DNA of 64,000 bases from Saccostrea cucullata (lineage: Eukaryota): NCBI RefSeq assembly GCF_032062105.1, contig NW_026930161.1:372001-436000 (forward strand), written 5' to 3'. The number at the start of each line of letters is the position of its first letter. The first letter of the stretch is position 1. Positions 1-12,093 of this stretch are shown here, piece by piece. A program made the translations under genes and the position numbers. A model generated the notes under the pieces. That model saw nothing but the letters and a program-made list of their open reading frames with translations, made no database searches and was not told the origin of the DNA.

Positions 1-1
1 G

Positions 2-351
2 AGGCACGTAGCAATGGGGCGTGCCCCCCCCCCCCCCTCCCAATTTTTTAAAAACATAACTTTTACTATTAAAATGTTCATTGAAAGGCTGGTTGGCCCC
101 CAAATTTGGGCAAAGGTAAAGTAATATAAGGGTAATGTAGTAATTGTATAAAGAAAAGAAAATTTTATACTGAAAGAAGTTCGCCTCAACCCCCCCCCCT
201 TCCCCAAAGGAAATAGGATTTTCGAGATTGGGCAAACAAATTTTCCTCTTTTTTTGGCTTGACAACTTTTTCCCGGTAAGTAATTTTTTTCTCCGGCTGC
301 AAACCCCCCCCCCCCCTCCCCCCGCACTTTCAACAACGATACTACGTCACT
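2..351. mobile_element. Short MITE-like element with poly-C tracts
   Basis: Imperfect terminal inverted repeat GGCACGTAGCA / TACTACGTCAC with several C-runs inside. Confidence 0.45.
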
Positions 352-2622
352 AGCTTATGACCAAATATATTAATGAAAAATATTTTTATTAAAAGATCTA
401 GAAATAAAACAATAAACTTGATCTCGTCATACCTTCTTTCAAAATGTCAATTTCGAATGTAAACACCTATTTTTTTTTAATATGATCAAATACAACTTTG
501 TTTTGTTTCATACGATGCTACCGGGTTAATGACAAAAAGAACTAATTTTCAAATTATGAAGTGAAAACCTGATACTTTATCTACATCACAACTTCCAACA
601 CCTCCTAACCCTTATTCAATATAGGACTATTCGATGTAAACTCGCCATGTATAAGAACAGTTTACGCCAGCATCAAATATAGAGTTGACACACTTTACTG
701 TCAGGTAATTCAAATTTGAAATCACATCTACTTACATAAATTTTGGTTTGATTGATTTTTTTTCTGGTGTCTTAATTCGAACTTCGAATGGTACTATTGT
801 ACATATTTTTGATAAGGATACATGTATATACTGAAACAGTGTACTATACTATAGTATACAGTGTACATGTTTTGCTTTTATATATAAATACAACTTTCAA
901 AACTTAAAATTATTCTTAAAATTAATTATTATTGGTATAGTTTTCTTTTATCCATATCAGACTCATTAGCAATAAGAGTAAAATTTCGGAGAGAAAAAAA
1001 ATCTTTTGACGTTTTAGATTACATTTTTTGCATTGAACGTTAACGTACGCCAAAACGCCATATTTTTACGTCTGTGACATAACATGTTGACTTTTATTTT
1101 TTGGTAGGAATTTGTCACCATTCCATTGAAATTAATTTGGAATATATCAATAACTTTTTGAAGAGATGCACATTTCATAAAAATCCTCTAATTTTCAATA
1201 TGTCTATTTTTAATGACTACTCATACGATTTATGTCACAACATTTATACAATTATAGTTAGATTTATCACTTTTGGGCAATGTGTGACATTTAGTGTTGA
1301 CTTTGTAAAAACCCTCTAAATCCAATACTTCTTTATAGAATCAATTCATTTTCATATCTAAGGAAAGTTTTGATTTTGCACATTTAGTAATAAATGTTGT
1401 TTTGCAGCAAATTAGAAAAATTCATTCTTAACATGAAAGTAATTCATGGAGTGTAGCATTTAAATGTGACGTTTTTGCCGTTAAATTCAATTGTGACATA
1501 TAGCTACATGTTATACATATATCTGACATGGCAATTATTATCAATATTTAAGATGCCGCAAGTTAAAATTCTGTCTAGAGATCCTTAATAACAAGGCAAC
1601 ATTTTGTAGAATTTAAAATAAATTTCAGCATTAATTTTTCACCCAGCATTACAAAATTGGGGATTTTACGAATCTTAAAAACTTTGTGACATTGAACCTC
1701 CAAACTTTGTGACACACCATCTTATTCCATATATTCAAAATAAATCGGCTTAATAGCAGAAACCCAACATACATATCCACACAACCGATCAGACTAATTT
1801 AAAATATACTTCCTTGCACACAAAAAGTATCATTGTGACGAAATTTCAAAATTGTTTAAACTCATTAAATTATTTTTCTAAGTAACCGAAGACTTTTTAT
1901 GTGTATACCATATTACGTCGATTTACGCGCGTCTACACCTCTGTCTTGGATTTTGAGAAACGCGTACAGAACATACGGATTGAATTACATCACAATTGCT
2001 AAAATTTACATCATTTACATCATATTTTGAATTTTTCTGCCAAATTTTATGTTTGTATTGTTTGTTTTGTGGAAGTTATCAATATTTTGTTATTGCATGT
2101 GCGACGCTCCTGTTACCGGTCTACATGCGTTTTTTGACGTAATTGACTGAATAAACGAATTAATACATTGGATAAATGGAGTTTTTTTAACAATAATTTT
2201 GTTAAAATATATTAAGTATACAATTACCGACCGAATGATATATAGTTTTCATATGGTGAATTGTTTTAAAATTATGAAAATAGGGCAAATGCCGCTGCAA
2301 TACTAATTTTTGACCTTTTGACACCAACATCGTGCGCGACGTCAAAATTAATAAAACTGGATATGTACCATATCCCTCTTGCCGTCTCTCTGCTCAGGTA
2401 TTATTTTGTACCTGAAAGTAGATACAAAATATACATAATTCTTCTTTTCTGTATAAAGCCTTGGCAATAATCTTGTTTAATAAAATTAATAAATGTTTAA
2501 TAAATTATGATACTTATATTTGTAAAAGCTTTACTTATATAGTATAAATTATTAGTTTACGCTTAAACCACCAGGTAATGATGAGAAGGCTACAGATGTA
2601 GTTATCCTTTCTTCTTGATTAG

Positions 2623-5600
2623 ATAAAAGATACAGAGATTGTCAAGAGATTCTGAAGCAGAACGTAAGTTTGAGGAACCAGAACGGTGTATACACAATTT
2701 ATCTAGGATGTAACACCCCTCGGAAGGTTTTCTGTGACATGACCACCAATGGAGGAGGATGGACGGTACTATAAATAAAATCATTTATTCATTTGAAAAG
2801 AACAAAACAATCATCAATAACAATTTACACAAATCTCGTGATAAAAATAGACAATTCGATCGTTAATTACTAGTATTATGCTTAATTATGATTATTGCTT
2901 CAACAGCCATCAGAGATATCAGGCTTTGATACATGTAGTATTTATGGAAAGATCATGTAACAGTTTCATATTCGCATTGAATAGAACATTTAAGTCAGTC
3001 ATGTGGATTTATCAAAATTAGCTGGGAACTCTCTTTCACTGGATTTTTCAAAGGTCCATGATATATGCCATGTAGAAAGAACATATTCTTTGTATTTCAT
3101 TTAGATTTTAGATCAATAGCTGTTTGTTTGTTTTTTTTTATCAGTTTCAAGCTTTAATTCAGTTTCAAGCTTTTATAATTAAGAGAAAGGAAAGATAAAA
3201 GTAAATATATACAGTGCATTTATTATTCTAGCTGCAATAATGTAACCCTCTCCGATTTTTTTTTATCTGATGTTTTCTAGAGAGGGCTACAATTCCATCA
3301 CATCTCCGTAATGGTGCAAAAGTATTTTTTAAATACGGGCGATAGAAGGCAAAATAAATTCTTCTTACAAACAACTTTATCTGTATGTTTACCAGCAGCA
3401 GCCATGACAGTTCACGCGTGACGTACTGAGACATTCGCTTGAAATTTAGAACAACTTAATAAAGCAAATGTCGATGTTTATAAACGACTGTGCTGAAATG
3501 TATCACAAAAATATCGATAAATAAAAACCATTTCAAGTGTTATTTTTATGCAAACAGCGATTATGTAAGCTTAAAATAAGGGAATTCCTAAAAGATCCGC
3601 TTCTAAATTCTCATTGGCTGTCCCGAAATAAAATCTATCAAGGTCAGTAAACATGGCGGATAAATTCAAGTTGTGATGTTGATATATACGAAAAATAACC
3701 GATATGTAGGTCGTTGTGAATATTTTTGGATCGATTTATGTCTTGCATAATTACTTTTATGGAGTTCAGGTAAGAGATGTTAATAAAATAGCCGTTTACT
3801 GATGATTTGAGCCGAAATCCGTGCGGGAGTAATTCACTCTCGCATTGCACCATTACGGATATCCTAAGGAGTTGTAGCCCCCCCCCCCCCCCAAAAAAAA
3901 AAAAGGAGAGGGCTACATTATTGCAGCTATTATTATTCATGATCCCCCCTTTTTATAAAATCTCATTTATCAGTAGTTTTAAAATTATTAACGCCCTGTT
4001 ATTTATTTCAGGTAATACAGAGAAGATATGACGGATCAACAGATTTTAAAAGAGAATGGAAAGATTACAAGGAAGGATTCGGGGATCCCAGTAAAGAATA
4101 CTGGTTAGGTAATATACACGATAGTAAAGAGTACTGGTTAGGTAATATACACGATAGTAAAGAGTACTGGTTAGGTAATATACACGATAGTAAAGAATAC
4201 TGGTTAGGTAATATACACGATGGGAAGTTTTTAGATTTTTTTTACTCATGTTTGGACGTTACCAATTGCTATTGGAGGCAGGATAATTGTATTCGGCACT
4301 TACATTTATCATTGTCAAGCTATGGGCAGTGGAAATATTTTCATTGCCAAATCACTGAGACATAATAGACCCTCCCTCTATTTATAAAACGATAAAAATT
4401 GCATAGAACAAAACGTTTTAAAGTGAGTGAAAAAACACTCTGTATTTAAAAAAGAAAACACAACGCAATATTTCTTGTTGGATTCCACATACACTTTGAC
4501 AAAATATCCTTTCCCTGGGTTGGATTTTGGCGATTCTTAAAGATTATGAATATTTGATAATGAAAGACTCGACTAAATAACATATGACAGGTTTCTAACC
4601 TATGAGGGATGCTGGACGACTACATTAATTCTGAATTATGAGGGATGCTAAGGAGGCCAGGAAGCAACCGCCAATAAAAAACGCCGCTTAATCATAAAAC
4701 TACACACATAGCAACCATTAATAATAAAACGCCGCTTAATGATACAACTACACAAATACAGGTGTTGCAACGCTTAGTGTCATAAATCATGACATTTATT
4801 CTGAACCGCAAATGCTATATCACCGCTTTATGACGTTAGAGACCATCATATATACATTTTCTTGCCAAAAAAAAAAAAAAAAAAAAAAGAAAATAATAAA
4901 TAGTATTTGCACAAAATAAAACATGTTAGCATTTTGCAGGAAATGACGCAATCCATGATCTTACTGCTGATAAAAATCAAGAACTTTGGATAGACTTAGG
5001 GAAATTCTCTGGTTCAATGGTGTACGCACGATATTCAAGTTTCTCAGTCGGAAGTGAGAAAGACAAATATCAATTGTCTATTGCCGGATACAGTGGAAAT
5101 GCAGGTATAATTACACTTCAGTAAATTCTTTCTTTTTTTCTAAAAAGATTTTTGATAATTCAATTCACATACGAGTATTTTAAAGAAGTTTTTAGGTAAA
5201 AGTAAATCAAGTATCAATATGGTTTAATATAGCATAAAAATATTCCAAGATTTTTAAGACCGTGTAAAAGTGTTATACGAGAATGTTCAGTGCGCACAGT
5301 ACATCAAAATCAGAAAAAAAACTTTCCCATTTAATATTATATTGTATCGTAATTACAGTTTGTATTATAAATGATATCTTCCTATTGTAGGTGACATGAT
5401 GATAGCAGCTTATAGTTTAAATGGTATGCATTTTACGACAAAAGATCGTGATAACGACAAAAATAGCGGCAACTGTGCTGTCTCTGCTCACACTGGAGGA
5501 TGGTGGTTCAAAAACTGTGCACATTCAGACCTCAACGGTGTATACCAGACTTCTAATAAAAAAGACAGGAAGAGTTTGTTCTGGGGAGAAAATAATGAAA

Positions 5601-5638
5601 ACATGAAATCTACAAAAATGATGATAAGATCGAAATAA
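2623..5638 (+). CDS. Fibrinogen-related domain (FReD/FBG) protein, copy 1; exons 2-5 only (2623-2765, 4012-4108, 4940-5104, 5391-5638); exon 1 not found in the window, probably upstream
   Basis: Exons are bounded by AG/GT with consistent phases (1,0,1,1). They translate to hallmark FBG motifs: [27 protein letters not shown] / [33 protein letters not shown] / [33 protein letters not shown] / [35 protein letters not shown]. Ficolin/tenascin/angiopoietin-like family. Confidence 0.93.
3229..3929. mobile_element. Non-autonomous DNA transposon with 9-bp TSD and TAG...CTA termini (Academ/AcademH-like; MULE not excluded), in FReD-1 intron
   Basis: TIR TAGCTGCAATAATGTA(A/G)CCCTCTCC at both ends; TSD TTATTATTC at 3220-3228 and 3930-3938; absent from the paralogous intron of copy 2. 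Confidence 0.85.
4090..4221 (+). repeat. 33-bp tandem repeat x4 spanning the exon-3/intron-3 junction of FReD copy 1
   Basis: Unit AGTAAAGA(A/G)TACTGGTTAG|GTAATATACACGAT starts at 4090, 4123, 4156 and 4189. Confidence 0.97.
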
Positions 5639-6227
5639 AAAGAAGGTTCGAACGAATTGCACCGCGATCTGTTTAAATAAATGTATTACATAGAATTTTT
5701 ACAAATTTCAAAATCAAATCTATTTTATTTTAATATTTAATATTAATTTTTAATATTTATAAAATAGAACAATCGAGTTTGAACACAAAAAGGGATACAG
5801 AGATAATTTTTGGATTGTTTCAAACTACATATTTTTGTTTATATCTGATAACCCAGCAATGGTGTTGAAAGGAAATACTTTAACATATCCAGCGTCTCTT
5901 GTGGAGGAAAATATAAGTTTTCAATAAGTTACGAATATTAAACCATGTACGATAAATTATCATATAATTATATATTATATGATTATACCTATGAAAGTGT
6001 TTTCAAATAAAAATCTGTATGGTTTCATGATAAATATCTAAGAAAAAGTTGTCTTGAGCAGAAAGTTACTAGAGAGGAGTCAATTTTAAATCAATTAAAT
6101 GCAATAAGAATATTGTCTTTACTTTTATTTATATAATAAATGATTGACTATTTACATCGCCAAATTTTTGTGTACATCTTCTTCTAAAACAGCGCGAATG
6201 AATTTGTGTAGGTTTTACTTAGAAGGT

Positions 6228-6362
6228 GTACGACCAATCTGATTGATATCAGCTCTTTGTTACGCTCAGAAATTCTGATGGTCACTGTACTTTAAATTTT
6301 TACATCGACCATCAGAATTTCGGAGCATAACAAAGATTTGATTATAGTCAAGATTTGTGTAC
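6228..6362. mobile_element. Palindromic MITE (fold-back); paralog at 22926-23070
   Basis: CTTTGTTACGCTCAGAAATTCTGATGGTC pairs with GACCATCAGAATTTCGGAGCATAACAAAG. Confidence 0.75.
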
Positions 6363-7122
6363 GAAAGTTATGAATGTACATCGAAACTATTCAGTCAGTA
6401 AGCTGAACGGTCAAAGTCCTCCAAATCAGAAAATGGGAAATCCCCTGCAGCGAATTAATGGCTAACTCTAATAAGTAGAATGTCCATATTATTATATTTG
6501 AGAAAAGAGAGAAAAACTTTGTCCTAGCCTTTTATATACATATATATTATAAATGGACAATAGATAATAAACATTAATTAAATCCCTATCATAATAAGTT
6601 TAGAGTACATGCATAAAATAATGACATTTTCAACAATTTAAATTTAATTTATTAATTAGAAATATTATCCTTGTTTGATTTATTTCAGCACTGTCAAAAG
6701 AAACGATAATTGTTATTTAGATCTTTCTGACGTCAGAGACATTCACTATGCGTTTATTATTAACGAAAATCTCTAATAATAGGATCTAGTTCTGTTTTAT
6801 TTCATTTGTCTTTAATTTTTAGTTTGAACACGACACACTGTTTTAGCCGTTATCAGCCGAGTAACACTTGCCATCAAGTCTTAAGTGGACGAGAAAACTT
6901 AATTAACTGTCATCTTTGTTTTAGGAATTTAAATGGACTCAACAATTTGTTTATTTTACTAAAAGATTTGCGTCAAATTTAAAAATTGTTTGATAAGATC
7001 ATGTTTTGAATATATGCTGCTGTGTGAGTGAGAGTTACATCATTGCATGAATCGGGAATTACAAGCACGGATTTTTACATTTATACAACTCTATTTTACG
7101 TCCAATATTTCCAAGAATAACA

Positions 7123-7485
7123 ATGAGTTTGTACCAGACAAAACTAAGGACCGCAGGAACAAAAGGTACCCCTATCATCAATACCCTGAGTGTGGATAGA
7201 GCTATGAAATCTAGGATGCAAAACCAGGGTCAGTCAAATCTGTTGCGAGAGAAGACATTGTGTTACGAGCGAGAATTTGATCAGAGCAGACGAGCATCTT
7301 TGAGAGAAGAGAAAGAACTGAAAAGAACCTCGTGTGAACGTGGAAATGTTCCAAATAATACTGAAGAGTGGCTGCAGAAGAATAGTACTAAATATGACGA
7401 ATGGAAAAAGCGGGAAAGAAAACGGCTGGAACACATGTTTCCCCATAGAGTTGTCAAAGAAACGCCCCAAAAGAACGCAAAGTAA
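7123..7485 (+). CDS. Uncharacterised 120-aa basic/charged helical protein, copy A (single coding exon)
   Basis: Intact ATG-TAA ORF with identical length and no frameshifts in three paralogous copies, while the flanks carry indels. Good Kozak-like context (ACAATG). Confidence 0.75.
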   Translation: MSLYQTKLRTAGTKGTPIINTLSVDRAMKSRMQNQGQSNLLREKTLCYEREFDQSRRASLREEKELKRTSCERGNVPNNTEEWLQKNSTKYDEWKKRERKRLEHMFPHRVVKETPQKNAK

Positions 7486-8479
7486 CTAGGCGTAGTTAGT
7501 TTACTTCACGCTTACGTTATCCAATGAGATTTTTATGATCATTAAAATTACCGTGAAAAGGCTCTGTCTCTTGCGGCAGTTCCTGAATATATTTTCGTTA
7601 CATTCATCATAACTAAGGAAGATTTTTCCTTAATTTCAATGAATATCGACATATCCAAAAAAACCCAGAAAATAGGTATCATGGATAGATGATTTTATAC
7701 GCAAGTAATGTATTGTCACCTAATTTTGTGAGATGAAACACTCGCAAAATAGAGTTACTCTCCTTTACTTTTATAATGTATAGCAAACCCTAATTACGAG
7801 TTCTTATCGTCATGAGTTGACATCTTGGAGTCTTTTTGCGATAAAACTGTAAAGAAGAAGGATATCTCAAACATTGACATTGTGGAAGATGTTTAAACAA
7901 GTAATCTATTGAACTTGCCATTTTGAACAATAGCTTTTGAGACGACTCTGAAGCAGATGATGATGAAGTGTTTTAGACTCTGAATGTTGTGACTTTTTCC
8001 ATTGATTTATGTGAGTAAAATGTTGGGTATGACGTTTTCTTTCCTCATTTGATCTTAATCACATGTACTTATTTTTTCTTCAATAAATCCCATCAAATAT
8101 TATTTTAATATGACAAGGCTTATTACAAAGAACTTTAAATACAAATACGATTGTCTTTGCCCTGAACAAATTTCATAGGGTTCTTAACATTTGTACATAT
8201 CTTTACAGTTTACATATATCGTATGTTTTCGTGAGACATTTGGATAGTAATTAATTTAGAAATTTTTCTTGACATTTGAAACCATATAATGTAAAGAAAG
8301 ATTAACAGTTTTTTTTTTGTCTTTTCTGGAATAGTTACTCTTCCGAAACTCCTAAATGATCCAACTATATGTTGCTTTTTTAAACTTTCTTTATTTCCTT
8401 CTTATTTGTCCTTAAAAGCTTAAAATGAGACTTGGACATGAATTACTCTTATTACAAAGAAATATACGTAGATAACGAA

Positions 8480-9200
8480 CATTATTCAAGCTCAAAAGTC
8501 CATAAAACAATACATAATAGAATCAGAGCAAACATGGACCTCCAAAACATCAGAGGTGTGATCGGGTGCCATGGAAGAGTGGGCATCCCCTGCCGACCGG
8601 TCACATCTGCTGTGTGCTCCTTGTTATGATCGGGAAATAACGGGAAAATCGGTAGTCAATTCAGTGTAAAATAATTGACTAACAATTAGCATGAAAAACG
8701 TAAGTGAGCATTTCACTCAATGATAAATTGTACTTGCTGACTTCGTTTTGTACATGTTTACATTAAAGTTCTACAATATCCGGTTTTACAAAGAAGGTCA
8801 TTGTATCGACCATAGAACTTAAGAAATGATTTTAAACGAGGCTGTTGTAGTTAATTTAAACATTTTCAGACCGGTCCTTTGGATTACTAGCTAGTCCAAA
8901 TATATTTAAGAAAGGTGTTTGAAGAAAAAGAAGTGGCAAGGTATCAATAAAATCAATTTTGACGAAAATAATAATAATATTTGTTACTTACACACCGACT
9001 TGCCTACGGAATGTTCATTTCTTCAATTCATTCAACAAGAAGCACATGAAGAATGTGGCCGATTGGCAGGGGATGCTTACACCTCCATGGCAATGGACCC
9101 CATTTCTGATGTTTAACAGGATGTATTTGCAAAAGTTCACATTTTGTATTGGTTAAATTATTTTTTTTTTTTTAGCTTGAATACTGTTTGTTACCAGTCC
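8480..9200. mobile_element. Penelope-like 3'-end fragments in inverted arrangement (8480-8860 minus; ~8990-9200 plus)
   Basis: ACATCAGAGGTGTGATCGGGTGCCATGGAAGAGTGGGCATCCCCTGCC and its reverse complement; overlaps sequence similar to 21060-21260. Confidence 0.65.
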
Positions 9201-9456
9201 TGTTGTTATAGAAATAACGAAATAATTGTACGGTTTTCATCAGGCTGGAAAAAAGATTGAAAATTTTTAATATAATTTAGCTAAAATCCCGTTGAAGAAT
9301 CATTCAGACAATGTGTATAAAAGATTATAACTCCTATTTTCTCATATTAAGATCCTCAAAACATTACCTTTTATCAAAACGGGGTGCAACAACAGAAACG
9401 CGCATTTTTTCTTTATAGAACAGTTGGGTATTTGATTTCGTAAATTTTTTTCACTT

Positions 9457-9532
9457 TTCATTGTTACAGACGCTTATAGACAACGTCAATGATCACGGCA
9501 TGGAGATGAGCAACGGAATTTCTGTACAAAGA
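9457..9532 (+). pseudogene. Decayed fragment of a FReD exon-1 paralog
   Basis: TTCATTGTTACAGACGCTTATAGACAACGTC..GGAGATGAGCAACGGAATTTCTGTACAAAGA aligns with 14224-14287 (TTCATTGTTACAGACGCTTGTAGAAAAAGTC..GGAGATGAGCAACGAAATGAGTCTACAAAGA). Confidence 0.7.
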
Positions 9533-9990
9533 CATGTACAGTAGTTAAGATGCTCTTATAAAGTTGCATATTTTTGTATCTAATATCTCTGATATAGTTC
9601 AGTTAACTGAATTAAACCAACTTCAGAAATATTCTAAAACTTAAACGACCAAACTTTCCTCATAAATTCAACATTTACAAATGTAACTGTGGCCTATGCT
9701 TTTCTGATGAGCCATAGAAGAGTAATCTTTCTTTTGTGTTTCTCTGTCGTGCATTTACTTCCAAAAGTAAATTAGGTATGTCAAAAGGAGACTTTTTAAT
9801 GTTTCCTGTATCTATTAGACGAAGCATCTCATGCCTCTGCTTAAGTTTTAAATGTAACACTTAGTTGAAAAATCACGACCAAGAACAAAGAGTTGCGTCT
9901 CCTTGACCATCATAATAATCAGGATATTTTATAAAATACAACCTCATCACCACAGGTACACACATATTAGGCACTTCGCCTTTCATTGGA

Positions 9991-10714
9991 TAAAGAACTA
10001 CGAACGATAGTATTGTTCTCCCGCCTTCCTCTAAGTCAATTCTCAAAAGTTAACATATTCGAATGATTTTCAAAAATTTTATAGATATTTATATGAATTT
10101 TCATAAAACGTTACTTATTCTGGATACCAAAGAGAGATAACTCTATAATTTTGGTGAAACTTGTGTTTTTCACTATAGAAATCAACGGAAAACAGAAAAT
10201 ATTTTTAAACCATCCCCCCCCCCGTGAAACAAAAATTCTTTTTTACGGGTAATATGGACTGTCATTTTACAAATTTATGCCAAAGCTTTTTGTGTTTCAC
10301 GGGGGGGGGGGCATATGTTTATAGACAAAAAACGAAAAAAAATGCTGATTTTTCACCAATTTGAAAGCTATTTACAACTAAATAGTTGTATTTTATTAAT
10401 TTATATATGTTTATTTATTTGCTTAAAACATAAGAAAAGATATGAGATACATTTTATCATATTTAAGACTATTTCAAAATATGGTGATTCTTAAAAGTTC
10501 CATTTCACTAGAAAATATCGTCTACCCCCCTTTTTTCAAGAGCTTGAATTAATGATAATTTACTATCTAGTGCTGGAATTAAAATGATTAATCAATTACC
10601 ATAGATTTGTTCTTCGTATTAAACAAAGATTTAATGGCCAAATTGCCATTAATATTGAATTTAATGGGTGCAAAATGTAGGCGGGAATCATGAGTTAGAG
10701 TTCGTAGTTCTTTA
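9991..10714. mobile_element. Non-autonomous TIR element (Kolobok-like, degenerate TTAA flanks)
   Basis: TIR TAAAGAACTACGAAC / GTTCGTAGTTCTTTA; internal inverted repeat CCCCCCCCGTGAAAC / GTTTCACGGGGGGG. Confidence 0.7.
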
Positions 10715-11738
10715 CATTCTATTGTTAATATCGAGAAATAAGCACACTTAACTTTCAACGAGTCGTTAAAGAGAAACTGTAAATTCTACCACCTTGTATT
10801 TTTCTTCAAATCTAAAGAACTTGTACATGTTTCAATGTTATTAAACGTTAATCACACATAAAAATCATTAAAGTGTATTGAAAGAAGCCAAACTGGAAGC
10901 AGTTATTGATTAAGATTAATACTGTACAAATATACATTAATTTATAACAGTATATTACAAAAATACAAAATACTCTTTACGTGACCATTTCAAGTTAAAA
11001 TACTATTATACATGTATCTAAACGTTCTTTCCTACTGTAGAGGTCGTGTGTAGACTTACTGACTAGAGTATTCAACACGACTTCTATACCAGGCTCAACT
11101 CTTGATTAGATAGACATATTTTTTAAAAAACAATCATTCACCTTGAAATACCAGGGTAAATAAAAATTTTTTTTTCAAAAAGACAAGCATACTTTTTCTA
11201 GGCACATTTTCTTTTTTTTTAATAGGATTTTTTAAAAAGGTTTAAGACCTCAAAGACTATTGTCTACTACTTCACTTATATAATTATAATTTCAAACCTT
11301 TTTTTTTTTTGGAAATATGAAATTCAATGGAATAATCCAAATCCTAAACGTAATCAAAGCACTGACAGTACTGTAAAGCGCTAAACAAGTTGATAGAACT
11401 CTGATGAATACACTCCCGATAAGTTTTCCCTCTTTCGTTTGTTTATTTACTCTCAAGAACATAATCATATACAAAATACAAATCAAGTAAGGAAGAGTAG
11501 TGTCAAATAAGAAAGTAATTACTGAAAGCAGGCCAATATCTTCTTTAGCACAGTACATGTAAGACAGCTTTAACAGTGAGTCAATATTTGTGATGGGCAT
11601 AATTTTTGCAAACTCGTTCATATTTATATGAGAGCATATTCTCAATAAGTTTTACATGTAATGACGAAAATATGGACATTACATTACATCATGAAATTCA
11701 TGAACAAAGTATTTGTTACATAAATTACATATTCTTAA

Positions 11739-12093
11739 AGCCATATATGGCGTATGTACAATGAAAATAATTAGACTAAAATTATAAGAACTTATTATTT
11801 GTATCATTACTTTATATAAAGAAAGAACTTTTCCGTAAATAACGAAATCTAAGTCAATTGCGTTATAAAGATATCACAATTTCATTTGGTGGAATTTTCT
11901 GTCGGAAGAAAATACAAAAGATTTAAATAACACATTACAGAGAAGATAAAATCGTATTATTAGATGAAAGGAGGTGTTCTCTGCGTTCAGAATTGTATGA
12001 AAAGCTTTAATTTAAATGTATTAACTATATATCTTTACTTAATTTTGTATTTTCAAAAATATATTTTTTTGATCAGTTACGCCATATATGGCT
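11739..12093. mobile_element. MITE with TTAA TSD (Kolobok-like)
   Basis: TTAA-AGCCATATATGGCGTA ... TACGCCATATATGGCT-TTAA. Confidence 0.85.

Noticed and set aside
4090-4221. CRISPR-like array (33-bp periodicity)
   Set aside because: Units are contiguous with no unique spacers, the context is a eukaryotic intron, and there are no cas genes.
4046-4249. Minus-strand repeat protein ([11 protein letters not shown])n; also 17103-17327
   Set aside because: Antisense read-through of the 33-bp repeat.
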